Shown: positions 15,345-27,900 of the stretch, piece after piece
Layout: every line of letters starts with the position of its first letter
Position numbering within the stretch: the first letter of the stretch is position 1
Assembly (NCBI GenBank): GCA_013239625.1
Contig: MU053881.1
Span: 2,728,001-2,792,000 of the forward strand
Length of the DNA: 64,000 bases
From: Lama guanicoe
Lineage: Eukaryota
Reading direction: 5' to 3'
The notes under the pieces: model-generated
The model's input: the letters and a program-made list of their open reading frames with translations, nothing else
Told to the model about the DNA's origin: nothing
The model's database searches: none
Position numbers and translations under genes: made by a program

Positions 15345-15540
15345 CAGTGTTAGGTGGTAGGAAGGAGGATTCAGAGTTCTGGATTCAAATCTAAGCTCAT
15401 CACTAACCTTGGGTAAGTTCTCTCCTGATTCTAGTTTACTCACCAATACTAGAACCTACACCATGTGTTTATTGGGAGGGATTCAAAGATACAATGGATC
15501 TAGAGAACTTAGGACAAACTAAATGCTCAATAAGTGTTTC
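15345..15540 (+). mobile_element. MIR
   Basis: ggattcaaatc...ccttgggtaagtt...aaatgctcaataagtgtt. Confidence 0.55.
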
Positions 15541-18329
15541 AACAACACTGAAAACAAACACACCTTCAAATCTCAAATTTCTTACCCCCGTACAAGCAGA
15601 AAAAAATGGGTTTCTTCCTCTATTGGTCATGCATAGCTCCTTTAATCCCTTCTCTCTTTGTCCATGCCATCCTTTTCCAAGTGTTATATTTGGAAATTTG
15701 GGAAAATGAATTCGACAAAAGTGACCTTCCCCATATACTTGTATTCGCTCCTCTTAAAACCCATTATTTCCCATCTGCAGCAGCCTAAAACAAGTATCTG
15801 CATTAGTTATTCACATGCAACAGGTACCAAAATTAACAGGAGAAAAGAAAAAGTAGAAAAATCTTTAAAGACATCAAATGGACTTAGAAGCCTGGTAAAT
15901 ATAATTTAACGAGTTCCAACCAAATCAACGTCACAAAAATTTAAACAAAGGAAACCTGAGATGTCTAGAATACTTACTTTTGCTAACTTCAATGTATCAA
16001 ATGAAACAACATACTGAGAACTGACTCCTAGCAGTGTCACCCTGCTCTGTCCTGACCCCTGTGGAGATTCCAAGCACACGCTCCATACTGTCAGTCTAGT
16101 GTTATTTCACTCTCCAGCTGAAAAGACCTTTGATGGCTCCCTATGCCTACAGCTTAAAGTTTAAACCACTGTGCACTGTGCACTCCAAAATCTGGCTCTA
16201 GTTTACCTTTCCAGTCTTGTTTTCCACCTCCAATTCTCTAAGTCCATCACAACACACACTCCACACTATTCCATATCCACACCTTGCTCGAGCTATTCCT
16301 CTGCTTTGAACATCTTCCAGCCCACCACCTACTGAAATTCCATTCCTCCTTCAAAGTAGCAATCTTCAGTGGAAAGAGCCCAGCCTTGAAGTCCAGATCC
16401 AGACTCAGCAGATTTCTAATTTCATCCCCACTACTTAATAGCTTAACAACCTTGAGCAAATACTTCAGTAGACATGTTTCCTCACTTAGGAGCAGGCCCA
16501 TCACCTGTGGCACTCTACAAGGCTACTGTGAGGATTAAGCATACTGGTTATAAGCTATCTAGCCCCATGCCTAAGGCACAGTAGAAACTTAATGGTACCT
16601 ACTAAGCCATCCTTCTTCCCTGCTCCCACCCCCATCAATATGCCTATCACTCCCTAAATTCCCACAGCATGTTGTTTATACCACTGTGTTTATTACACTG
16701 TGAGCGCTAATACACTGCGGAATACTCATTATTTATGTATGCACCTCACTTCTCCATTAGGTTATAGACAAGATGGTTACAGCTATGGATTTCTAAATCT
16801 CTGCCACTTACCACTTGAGCAAGTTATTTGACCTTTCAGAACCTGTTTCTTCATTAATAAATTGAATTGGGGTTAACACCTTAGAGTGTTATGAAGAGGT
16901 TTAAAAGAGTTAATATCCATCAAATACCTAGTATAACGCTTGACAATCAAATACCTGGTATAATGTTTGGCATTTATTAAATTTCTCCAAAGATGAATCT
17001 GATCCAAGTAGCATGGGTGCTTAAAGAACACACAAATGGTGAAATCCATTTGCTTTATTAAAACCAATTTCACAGTGCAATCTTAATACAACTTTAACCT
17101 GCTACTCACCTCTTACTGATAGAGATACCCAATGAAGACAAAAATGGAGGTTCCTATGCACTTTACCTGAGAAACGCTACCACACATTCATGTTCTTCCA
17201 GGACCAGACTAAGTACTTCAGGACTTACAACTCACATCACCTCACTACACTTAAAACAGCATGCAGGCTTATCCCTCAAGAGTTGTAAAATGTAAGATGA
17301 TCTGCCAAAGTTAAAACCCTGAAATTAGTGGTCCACAAGGAAGTGGAAGCTAGTTGCCTACTCTTTATTCACTCTGATTCTAATGTGCTGTGTCATCACT
17401 TTCCCTACTCAAAATTCCAGTCGAACTTCACCTACTACTATGGCAGTATTTTCCCATTTATACACTTCCAACCCACTGCTCAATTTAAGAGACAAAACAC
17501 TTGAAAATTAACCGCAGTGAAATCTAATCAAGGAAATTACAGAAAAGTGGGGCCGTGCCAAAAAAAAAAAAAGACTTAATATTAGAGTGTTTGCATTTCA
17601 ATCTCAGTTGTACACTGACACTCGCACAGGTTGTACAGCACACACATCAAGAGCTCAGGAAAGGTTCTGGAAAGATGGACGTGGTTTTAAATCTGACACC
17701 ACCACTTAGTAGCTTTGAAACTTAAGCATGTTACTTACGCCTCACATCCCGCATCTGTAAAACAGGGACTGGAACAGTATGAATCTCACAGGACTGTTGT
17801 ATTACATACATTAGCATGTATATATATACACAGTATATATACAGTATATAATGTATATATACAACAGTATATAATGTATATACATGATAATGCATGCTAA
17901 GTGTTCTAGCAAAGTACTTACAATATTTATTGCTATTGCCTGAGCGCTAAGGTTCTTAGTAAATATTGTGGAATTAATGAATATTTAGCACATTTTATAT
18001 CAGGATATAAGTGTACTACTAACTTTAATTCTATCCCAAGTTAAATAATGTTTAATAGTAGCAATACTGATTGAGAGCAGTTTACAGCTTACAAAGCCCT
18101 AGCCATCCATAAACTCATCTGATTGCCAGAACATCCTTAGGGGATAAATACTTTAAAGATACGTGTTTTAGAAATAAGGAAACTGGCATCCATCAGGGTA
18201 ACAAAGAGCCGAAGTTACCTATGTCTCCTCCTCCACTGAAATTCTCTAGCTCAGAGGTAAGTGCCAGAAGTTCTTAACCCAAACAGCCACTAAAAGGAGA
18301 CAGAGCAAGTTACCACCCTCCGCAAGCAG

Positions 18330-19260
18330 AGTCAAGCACGTGAGTCCAGGAATAAGCCCGGGGTAGTAAACCCCGTCGGAAGCCACTGATGACATTAATA
18401 ATGCTGCACTGTTCGCTTACGAAGTGTCCTCCTACACCTTCAGGGCGGGGGCCAGACCTGCACACCGCCGCCCCCGACCCAGAGCGCCCAGCACAGGACC
18501 TGGCACCCCAAGAGGCCCTCAGTAAATGTTTGTGGAAATGGCACTGGAGGCTGGTAGGAGGTTTTCCAGAGGCCCGAAACGAGGCCCACTCCGCGGTGGG
18601 GGTTAACCATCTCAGGAGATCCAGAATCGCGGGGTGCAGAGGGTCCGACCGGTAACCATGCTGGAAAGGACGGGTGAGGACGGGCGCCGCAAAGGGAAAC
18701 CGGAGAAGCTGACCCGCTGAGGGGAGAGAGGGGAAGCGGGTCTGGCCGCAGCCACTGCTGGGAGGCCGGGGACCCACACAGGCTCGGGGCCGGGGGCAGC
18801 AGGGCAGTTGGCGTCTGGGGGGGAGGGGGCCGACTGCTGGTCTGAGAAGAATCTCGCGCCCAATCTGAGCAAGGTTCTGGGCTCCTCTAGGGACCCACTC
18901 CCTAGCCCGCGGCGGCATCCGCTGCACCGAGTACTCGCTGCTACCTGAAACTGCAGCAGCTTCTCGGTCTGCTCCTGGGTTAGATCCCGCTCCTCAGGCG
19001 CCGCCATCTTGCCGCCGCCTCTACGCTTCTGACCCGTCCGCACCGTCACCCGCCGGAAGTGACCTCAGTGGCAACCACATCCGGTCTGAACGGCTGCCGG
19101 CGGCGTGCAGATGCGTTTGGGCGTGCGGGCTCGGCCTGCGGGCCGGGGTTCGTGACGGTTCTCGCCGCCAGAGGGCAGCACTCTCGGGCCTAACCCGAGC
19201 ACTTCCGGAAATCGTCGAGGAACTGTCTGTACAAAGTCGCCCTTAGGATTTATGCGACCG
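18330..19260. promoter_or_regulatory. FAF2 CpG-island promoter with YY1, ETS and CTCF-like motifs
   Basis: CpG-dense. CCGCCATCTT (YY1) at 19001-19010 overlaps the ATG; CCGGAAGTG ~19053 and CACTTCCGG ~19200 (ETS); GCCGCCAGAGGGCAGCA 19164-19180 (CTCF consensus). Confidence 0.8.
18945..19007 (-). CDS. FAF2: FAS-associated factor 2 (UBXD8), coding exon 1; no further exon recognised, remaining exons presumably lie left of the window
   Basis: Translates MAAPEERDLTQEQTEKLLQFQ, followed by donor CAG|GTAG; ATG in AAGATGG context inside a CpG island. Confidence 0.96.
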
Positions 19261-19569
19261 ACAAATCTGCCAAACTTAGAGAGAGTCCGAATGCTCCAAA
19301 CTGGGGAAGTTCCCGAATGTCACTCGGCAGATTTCACCTGCTCCTTAACCGTTTTCCCGTCATCTCCAATATGCCTGAACGTTTATTAGGAAATGGTGGC
19401 TGTTCCCAAATATGGGTTGATTGATGTTTTATTCCAGCCATGTTTCCAAAAACTCCTGACCATAGGTTCCGAAAGTTCTTGAATACTGGGGGCGGGGTGG
19501 GGGGCGTTTTCCAAGCCACCTTCCAGCTGGAGGCTGTATAAGGTGCTGGTCACTTGAAAGTCGTGACAA

Positions 19570-19720
19570 GGGGAGGGTATAGCCCAGTGGCATAGCACAT
19601 GCTTAGCATGCACAAGGTCCTGGGTTCAATCCCCAGTACCTCCAATAAAAAATAAAAAAGTAATGAACTAAAAAAATACATAAATAAACCTAATACCGCC
19701 CCCCCTCCCGCCCAAACCAT
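19570..19720 (+). mobile_element. Vic-1-like SINE with a perfect 14-bp TSD
   Basis: tRNA-like head and A-rich tail; TTGAAAGTCGTGAC at 19554-19567 and 19721-19734. Confidence 0.9.
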
Positions 19721-19977
19721 TTGAAAGTCGTGACTTGCAAGTTGCCTGCTAGGATTGTTCGTAATGGGCCACCCAGGTCGCTGACGATTAGTGGCGCTAC
19801 CAGTCTTAGAGCTTTGGTCCACCCGTCTTGCAACTCTCTTCAACCTCCTCCATCGCTCTGCCCACTGGCCCATCTTCTCTGTGATCAAGGGAAAGGAGAT
19901 CCCAGGACTGGACAAAGAAGACTTGGGTTCAGGTTCTGGTGTCCACCTGGCAAACTGCGGGACATCCCTGGGCAAAC

Positions 19978-20245
19978 TGTTACCCAAAAAACTGCGTTTG
20001 CCTCTTGGCAGGTGTTGAGCCAAAAGACACAACAAAGCCAAAGATCCAGAGAAGGAAGGATTTATTACTTGTAGCCGTTAGGATAACACCGAAAATCTTT
20101 CCCAAAGTAGTGTCCCCAATAGCAAAACTGGGGAACTTTTAAGCTAAGGGTATATGCATATTCTTGAAGGTGCTTGGGTGGTCAGCAGAGTCCAAGCTTT
20201 AGTTGATTGACATCAGGAGGGTCAGAAAAGGTCAATACATATATT
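19978..20245 (-). mobile_element. Probable ERV LTR fragment, cut by an L1
   Basis: Begins TGTTACC, has AATAAA on the minus strand at ~20063, LTR-like composition. Confidence 0.45.
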
Positions 20246-20820
20246 TTAGTGAAGTATAGGCAGTTTACAATGTTGTGTCAATTTCTGGTGTACAGCATGT
20301 TTCAGTCATATATATACATACATATATTACTTTTCATATTCTTTTTCATTTTCATTATAGGTTACTACGAGATATTGTATATAGTTCCCTATGCTATACA
20401 GAAGAAATTTGTATGTCTATTTTATATATTATATATATTGTATGTCTATTATATATAAATTAGTATCTGCAAATCTCGAACTCCCAATTTATCTCTTCCC
20501 CCCACCCTGTTCCCCCCAGTAAGCATAAGTTTTCTATGTAAGTCTGTTTCTGTTCTGTAAATAAGTTCATTTGTGTCATTTTTTCAGATTCCACACATAA
20601 GTGATAGCATATGGTATTTTTCTTTCTGGCTCTCTCCAGGTCTTTCCAATGCAGTGCTGCAAATGGCATTATTATATTCTTTTTTATGGTGAAGTAGTAT
20701 TCCATCACATATATCTTTTATGTATGCTTTCTTTATCCGATCATCTGTTGATGGACATTTAGGTTGTTTCCATGTCTCAGCTATTGTAGATAGTGCTGCT
20801 GTGAACATTGGGGTGCATAT
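20245..20820 (-). mobile_element. L1 3' end
   Basis: ORF track MFTAALSTIAETWKQPKCPSTD remnant plus 3'UTR. Confidence 0.85.
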
Positions 20821-21280
20821 TAAAGGCTTAAATTCATCAGGAGACCTTACAATCCAAAAACATGTATGAGCCTAATAATAATAAAGACTCAAAATAGTGA
20901 GAAGCAAAAACTGATAGAACTAAAAGGAGGCAAAGACAAATCCACAACTGTAGTTGGAGATTTGAATTCTCTCTCAGTAACTGATGGAACAAGTATAAAG
21001 TAAATTAATATGGATATAGAAGACATACAACACTACCCACCAACTTGACTTAATTGACATAAAATACTTCACCCCAAAATGATAGGAAAACATAGTTTTT
21101 CAAGAGCACATAATAGATAAACAAGTTTTTACTGTATAGCACAGGGAACTATATTCAACATCTTGTAGTAACCTATAATGAAAAAGAATATATGTATGTA
21201 TATGTATGACTGAAACATGCTATACACCAAAAATTGACACAACATTGTAAACTGACTATACTTCAATAAAAAAAAGTTTT
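20820..21280 (+). mobile_element. L1 ORF2 endonuclease-region fragment plus a short L1 3' tail
   Basis: gaagcaaaaactgatagaac...gacaaatccacaactgtagttggagattt; then tactgtatagcacagggaactatattcaa...aataaaaaaa. Confidence 0.7.
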
Positions 21281-22074
21281 TTAATTTTACCTTATAAAGT
21301 TGATTTTTAAAAAAGACTGATGAGATATAAATGTAATATGGAAACATTGTTTAGATTCTGGTTCTAACAGACCAACTGCAAAAAAATTATAAGACAATTA
21401 TGAAAATCTGAATAGTTACTGAAGATACGCTCGTATTGATATTCTTATTTTTTAATCTATGATAATTATATTATTGTTGTAATGAAAGGGGATAAGAAGT
21501 CCTATTTTAGAGACATGCTTATGGATGAATTGATACAGCATGTTGGATTTGCTTTAAAAGAATTACAGCACAAGGCATTAGTGGGTATGTAGATGAAACG
21601 AGTTTGGCCAAATATTGATAATTATTGAAACTGGCTGATGGACACACTGGGGTTTATTATATTATCATAATTATAATTTTAGTACTATTTTATATCTTAT
21701 ATTAATTTTGTTGTTATCTCTACATTTGTATATGATTGAAACTGTCCATAGAAAAACATTCTTTTTAAGGAACTTAGAAGTTATATCAACCAAATGCAAT
21801 GCTGTGACCTTGTTTGGATCCTAAGTGGGCAAACCTACAATAGAAGTTATTTATGGCACAATTGGGGAAACCTAAATACTGACTAGATAATGGATGACAG
21901 TAAGGAATTTGGAAGAGGAACTTTTATTGATTTTATAATAATTTTGTGGTTATGTAAAAAAGACGATGAAGACTAAGGAGAAGGCGGGGCCAGGAGATGA
22001 AGCTGTAGTCACAGCCGTGATCACACCTGGCACACGGATCTTGGTTTCTTCCTATTCCTCGTTGAAGTGGCTTA

Positions 22075-23085
22075 TCTTTTTTGCCAGTTTTATTGCGATG
22101 TGAATGACACACAACGCTGAGTAAGTTTAAGGTGTACAACCAGTTGATTTGATACATTCATATATTGCAAAATAATTACCACCATAGCTTTAGCTCACAC
22201 ATGTCTGACATTAATCATCACCGTTTCTTTTTTGATTGAAATGTAGTTGATTTACAGTATTGTGTTAGTTTTAGGGCTATAGCAAAATGATTCAGCCATA
22301 TAAATATATATATTTTTCAGATTATTTTCCATTAGAGGTTGTTATAAGATATTGAATATACTTCCCTATGTCATAGTCAATCTTGTTGCTTGTCTGTTTC
22401 ATGCATAGTAGTCCATGTCTGTTAATTCCATACTCCTAACTTATCCCTGCCCCACCCCCACCATTGAGCCTTCCCCCTCCTTTCCCCTTTGGTAACCATA
22501 GTTTGTTTTCTAAGTCTGTGTGTCTGTTTCTGTTTTGTATATAGATTCACTTATATTGCTTTTTAGATCCACATGTATGTGATATATTTGTCATCCTCTG
22601 TCTGACTTACTTCACTTACTTTGGTAATCTGTAGGTCCAGCTATGTTGCTGCAAATGGTGACATTTCATTCCTTTTTTATGGCTGAGTAATATTTAGTTG
22701 TGTGTGCAAGTGTGTGTGTCTGTGTGTGTGTGTGTTTTATATATATACAACATATTCTTAGACTCATTGTCTGTTGATGGGCACTTGGGTTGTTTCCATG
22801 TTTTGTCTATTGTAAATAGTGCTGCTACGAACATTGGGGTGCAAGTATCTTTTTGAATCAGAGTTTTCATCTTTTCTGGATATATGCCCAGGAGTGGGAT
22901 TGCTGGATCATATGGTAACTCCATTTTTTTGTTTTTGTCTGTTTGTTTTTGTTTTTTTTAAAGGAACCCCCATACTATTCTCCATAGTGGCTGCACCAAG
23001 TTACATTCCCGCCAACAGTGTAGGAGGGCTCCCTTTTCTCCACACCCTCTCCAGCATTCATTATTTGTAGGCTTTTTGATGCTGA
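22075..23085 (-). mobile_element. L1 3' end(s)
   Basis: ORF track [15 protein letters not shown]...CTPMFVAALFTI..WKQPKCPS (L1 ORF2 C-terminus). Confidence 0.87.
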
Positions 23086-24002
23086 AGAAATGGCTGCTTC
23101 ATCTTTTTTTTGTTTGTTTGTTTGTTTTGGGGTGGGGAGGTAATTAAAATGGCTTATTCTTAAGCCTAGAACATTTTGCTGTACCAGAAAGTGATAATGA
23201 GCTCAAAGAATGATGCAGACATTACAGAAACACAGGAGCTAGCTTGAAGGGGCTTCCAGTGACCCAATCTTGGACAATTTGAGCACTAAAATAAATAATG
23301 ATAGCAAAGTACTACAACCTACTTGGATAAAGTTTATGAACCTTGTAGACATAACAAACAAACAGTTTATCAATATTAGAAAGCCAACCAATCTATGTAT
23401 AAGGAATGATGGAACTGGAAAATTGCCATTTGGCAACTATCATTACAATGCCTAAATCATGCAAAAATCAATAGATGCTATAATGAATGAATGGGTGAAG
23501 TTTTACAGAGAGACATAAAATGTACAAGTCTTAGTGTATCCCTCCACAAGGTATTTATTAATTATAAAGGGAAAAGTAGCGATTTTACAGTGGAGAAACC
23601 TGACAAACATCGTCTTAACTAAACGATCAATGTTAATATCACCAGTAACTGGTGAAGTTGACACAATGTGCTTTCTATTTTGATGCACTGAGAGGAACTC
23701 AGCAGCACATTTGTGTTATTCCTGCCAAACATGTTTAAGCTGAATCCAATCAGGAGGAAACCAAGGTAACTCAAATTGAAGGGTGAAATAAGTAACTGAT
23801 TAGTAATCTTCAAGAGGTCAATGTCGTAAAAGAGACTCTCTTTATTTAAAGAGAAGAGCTGTCCTAGATTGTAGGAGATCAAACTGATTGCAATATCTAA
23901 TCTGGGATTTTGTTTTCCTCTATTGTTGGGATATTTGGTGAAATCTGAGTAAGTTATGTCAATTTGATAATGGTATTATATCAGTATTAATACCTTGATT
24001 TT

Positions 24003-24125
24003 TTTTCTGGGGAAGGTAATTAGGTTTATTTACTTATTTAGTTTTTGATGGAGGTGCTGTGGATTGAACCCAGGACCTTGTGCATGCTAAGCATGTGCTC
24101 TACCACTTGAGCTATACCCTCCCCT
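24003..24125 (-). mobile_element. Vic-1-like SINE with a 16-bp TSD
   Basis: TTAATACCTTGATTTT at 23987 and 24128 flank the element. Confidence 0.9.
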
Positions 24126-24671
24126 CTTTAATACCTTGATTTTGATAATTGTATAGTGGGTATGTAAATGGATGTCCTTATTTTTAGGAAAACACAAAGT
24201 GAAATATTTGGGACTGGTGTCTACAACTTACACAGCAACAGTTTAGGAAAAAGAGAAGACAAAAGAAAAAAGCCAATGTAGTAAAAAAATGTTATCATTT
24301 AAGGAATCTGGTGAGAAGCCAATGAAAATTATTTGCAGTTTTCTGTGAGTTTGAAATTATGTCAAAAAAAAACCTTGAAAAAAAAATCAACCAATCAAAA
24401 AAAGATAGAAGGAGCTTATTAGTGGGAATGTAAAATGGTGCAGTAGCTATGGAAATCAGTATGGTGATTCTTCAAAAACTTGAAAATAGAATTAACATAT
24501 TATCCAGCAATTCTGTCCCTGGGTATAAAAGAGATATTTGCACATCCGTGTTAACAGCAGCATTATACATAGTAACAAGGTGGAAGCAACCCAAATGCCA
24601 GGGCCGGATGGATGAAGAAAATGTGGTACTGTACTTAACACTACTGGACTGTACACTTAAAAATGGTAAAG

Positions 24672-24760
24672 TGGGAGGGTGTATATATAGCTCAGTGGTA
24701 GAGTGCATGCTTAGTGTGTATGAGGTCCTGAGTTTAATCCCTAGTACCTCCACTTAAAAA
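24672..24760 (+). mobile_element. Vic-1-like SINE
   Basis: tagctcagtggtagagtgcatgcttag...; near-TSD aaaatggt(a/g)aag. Confidence 0.85.
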
Positions 24761-25676
24761 AATGGTGAAGATTGTAAATTTTATGTGTTTTTTAACCCAC
24801 AGTTTTTTTAAAAGCCCGAAATTAAAAAAAAAAGAAGTTAATGTAGTGAATAGTTTATAGATGAAATTATATAACACATAGGGAGGAATAAAGGCAGTGG
24901 ATGAGACAAGACTGACTACATGTTGGTAATATCGAGGTTCAGGACTTGGTATGTGTCTTTCTACTCTCTGCATGCTTGAAATTTTCCATTTAAAATGTTT
25001 TAAACATTTCTCCATTTCAGACTTCGTAAGTTAAAATTTTGATTCTGTGAGATTGCCTCTTATCATTACTCAACGTTATTTATTGATGTCTTTTGACCTT
25101 TACTGAGTTTCACAATTAGATGGAGAATTAGAAGGCTAGAACTGTATTTAGAGACCTCCAAAGATATTCTGGGAGGTGTCGAGAAACTGGGAATCTCTAT
25201 CACAAAGAAGTGCTACGTGGTTCAAAATATAATTTTAATAATAATTTTTAATATGAATGCTTAAGAGTAAGAGTCACATACTAGAGCAAGCATGGTTGCA
25301 GAATGATCTGGACCAGTAATTTGTATCAATTAAGCATAGAGCTAAATTCTGCTGATGGCTAAATTAGGAAGGAGCAGGAAGGAAGGAGGAAGTAGTTGGG
25401 AAGAACGCTTGCAGTGAATTTGCACCTCTATATGCAGCGTAGTGTTGCCTGAGTTACTGACTGAAGTCTCCGGGAATCAAATCAAAGCATCCAGGGGAGA
25501 TCACAACGGGTGCGTAGACATGTTCAGTAGTCCTTCTGTCTCCACAAAACCTGGAGTTAATACTGATGACTGCTTTGTTAAACTAGCATACTTTTGAGGT
25601 GTTTTCAGCACGTGAGCCTGCAGTTGGAGGATGGAGAAAGAAATGTGGGATAGATGATGGAGCAATGCTGTGCTTG

Positions 25677-26333
25677 TGTTAGAGCAGGCAGATACCTCAA
25701 TATGAGCAGAGAAAGGGGGACAGGTCAAATGGCAGGAACGGGGCAGAAATAAGGGGCATGGGCCAAATACAGGAAACCATACATCTTGTAAGCACCATGG
25801 GTCCCTGGGCAGAGCAAGAAAAGCAGAAACCTCTGGGCTAAGTAGGCACACCTTTTAGGGTGATCAGTGCCCTGGAGGCTGACAAAAAAAGGTGAGAAAA
25901 GGCAGGAATCTCCAGTGTCCGAATTTAACCTTTTGCTTATTATGCCCTCATTACAATAAAATTAGCCTTGCAGATTAGAAGTACCCATCATGCACCGAGG
26001 CCATGACACTTCTGATCCAGATGAAATAAGGACAAAAAATCCCTCCTCCCTTTGGGAAGGTAGAGTTGGGATGAAAATCAGGGAATATGACCCCAGACCC
26101 TTCCCTCCCTAATGAGTGTTGCCCATTCATTTTCACACTCTGTGTAACCAAATTGCCAAAACAAACAAACAAACAAAAATGTCAGGGCAGCCCCTCACCT
26201 GCAATCCCCTTGAGAGTGTACTCTCCATCCCTTAATAAATCCTCACTTTACTTTCTTAACCTCTGCATCTTGTCTCTGAATTCTTTCTGGGATGGGACAA
26301 GAACCTGGACACCGGTTACATCTACTGGCAACA
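25677..26333 (+). mobile_element. Solo LTR (ERV1-type)
   Basis: TGTT...AACA termini; 4-bp TSD CTTG (25673-25676 and 26334-26337); AATAAA at ~26234 followed by a U5-like pyrimidine-rich stretch. Confidence 0.85.
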
Positions 26334-27079
26334 CTTGGACTAAGTTGTGCAGGGCTGGACGTGTCTTTCGTTCTTTTTCATGCAGCTGATAAATGACTGT
26401 ATTCTCACTGTAAGAGTGAAAACTGCATCAAAGTATTACTGCGCAAAACCGAAATTGCCCTTCAGCCCAATTCTGCTTCTGCTTCCTACCCCTGAAAAGC
26501 ACCGCTACCCACAGGCTTCGGGTGCATCTTTCCTTTCTCCCTTCCTGTTCGTAGTTGATCTTGAAGTTTCAAATCAGGAAGGGAAAATCCCAGTCTGGGC
26601 CCCCCAGTACCCTGTGTTTAAACGTCAGCTTCGCCCAGGGTGCTGAGACCGGTCATTTGCCATCTGCTGGTCTTCTAGACTGTAATCTCCCCATGGCCAA
26701 CGCTGAGTTTTACTATATTTTGGAGACTATTTACTGAAGGTGACTGCGTGGAGGAGAGGCAGGTTGCCTGGCTACATTGAATCAGCCTTTCTCAGGCTGG
26801 TTCATTCTTAAGGGACATTTAAGGGGCCCAGCCTCCAAGCAGGGACCGGGTCAGGTAACACAAACTCCGGCAGTCTGAGCTGAAGCCTCTCCAAATGAAG
26901 AGAAACGTATACGAATTGCACGAAAGCAGCACGGCCTGGTGGAAAAGGCCCTGGACTTGCAGGAAAGATGGAATGAAGCCGCGGGACTTAATGTCACCAC
27001 TCCAAGGCTCATCATAATGGAATTCATCATATCTGCCCAGCTTGGGAGAAGAAACTTTGGCAGAATGAGTCAGAAGCAA

Positions 27080-27900
27080 GGTTGCGCAGCGCCCACCTCC
27101 TCAGCGCTCCCAAGGCCTGGGCTGCCCGCCCGCGGTGGCCCTGTGCGCGCTCTGGCCACTTGGTCCAGTCCGCTTCGCGTCTGGAGCGGGCCGGGGCTGC
27201 GCCGTGTCCCGAGGTCCTGGAGATGCGCTCTGCGGGCCGGGAGCGGAGAGCGCCGCCGGGGCCTCCGGGCCCCTCGGGCTGCGCCGCCGTCCTGCTGCCG
27301 CCCTCCTGCGGCCGCTGCGAGGCGACCTCCGGCCGTCCTGCGGGCCCCCTCCCTCGGCCGGTGACATCACCGCATTCCCGTCCCGGCTCCTCCCGCCTGC
27401 AGTTGCAGTGACAGGCGAGCCGGGCCCGGTGGCGGAGAGGAAGTGCGGAGCCGCCGCGCCGAGCCCGTCCCCGCCGAGGCCGGCTCCCCCGGGCGGCTCG
27501 GGTGACAGTGTCGCGGCCGCCGGGCGCAGCGCGGGGCACGCGCCAGGCAGAGCCGAGCGCCGGGCGGACGCTGCAGCAGAGACGCGGGGAAAATGGCTGA
27601 TGACTTTGGCTTCTTCTCGTCGTCGGAGAGCGGGGCCCCCGAGGCGGCCGAGGAGGACCCGGCGGCTGCCTTCCTGGCCCAGCAGGAGAGTGAGATCGCG
27701 GGCATAGAGAATGACGAGGGCTTCGGGGCAGCTGCCGGCAGCCAAGCGGCCCTCGCACAGCCGGGACCCGCGAGTGGGGGTGAGTCAGCTCGGTGGCCTG
27801 GAGACGCGGGGTCCGTCCTGGGACTGGCTCCCGGGGTACCCGGCCGGCGCAGTCCCGGGCTCAGGGCCCTGCGGGAGTGAAGAGGGCCTGCAATGGCCAG
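27080..27900. promoter_or_regulatory. CLTB CpG-island promoter / 5'UTR
   Basis: Very GC- and CpG-rich stretch around exon 1; GC boxes; GAGGAAGTG ETS-like site ~27437. Confidence 0.85.
27593..27779 (+). CDS. CLTB: Clathrin light chain B, exon 1
   Basis: MADDFGFFSSSESGAPEAAEEDPAAAFLAQQESEIAGIEND...SG, including the conserved light-chain EEDPAAAFLAQQESEIAGIEND segment; donor G|GTGAGT. Confidence 0.97.

Larger units (their letters stand above)
23150..24980 (+). mobile_element. Old L1M(C)-type 3' fragments carrying SINE insertions
   Basis: L1MC-like 3' text (cttggacaatttgagcactaaaataaataatgatag; ttttacagtggagaaacctg) and an ORF2 C-terminal remnant at 24420-24620. Confidence 0.6.

Noticed and set aside
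18310..19049. 205-aa ORF and a 14-aa GTG-initiated N-terminal extension of FAF2
   Set aside because: GC-rich intron/promoter artefacts; the FAF2 protein I recognise starts at ATG 19007
19570..19645. tRNA gene calls for this and similar elements
   Set aside because: A-rich tails, TSDs and many diverged copies show they are tRNA-derived SINEs
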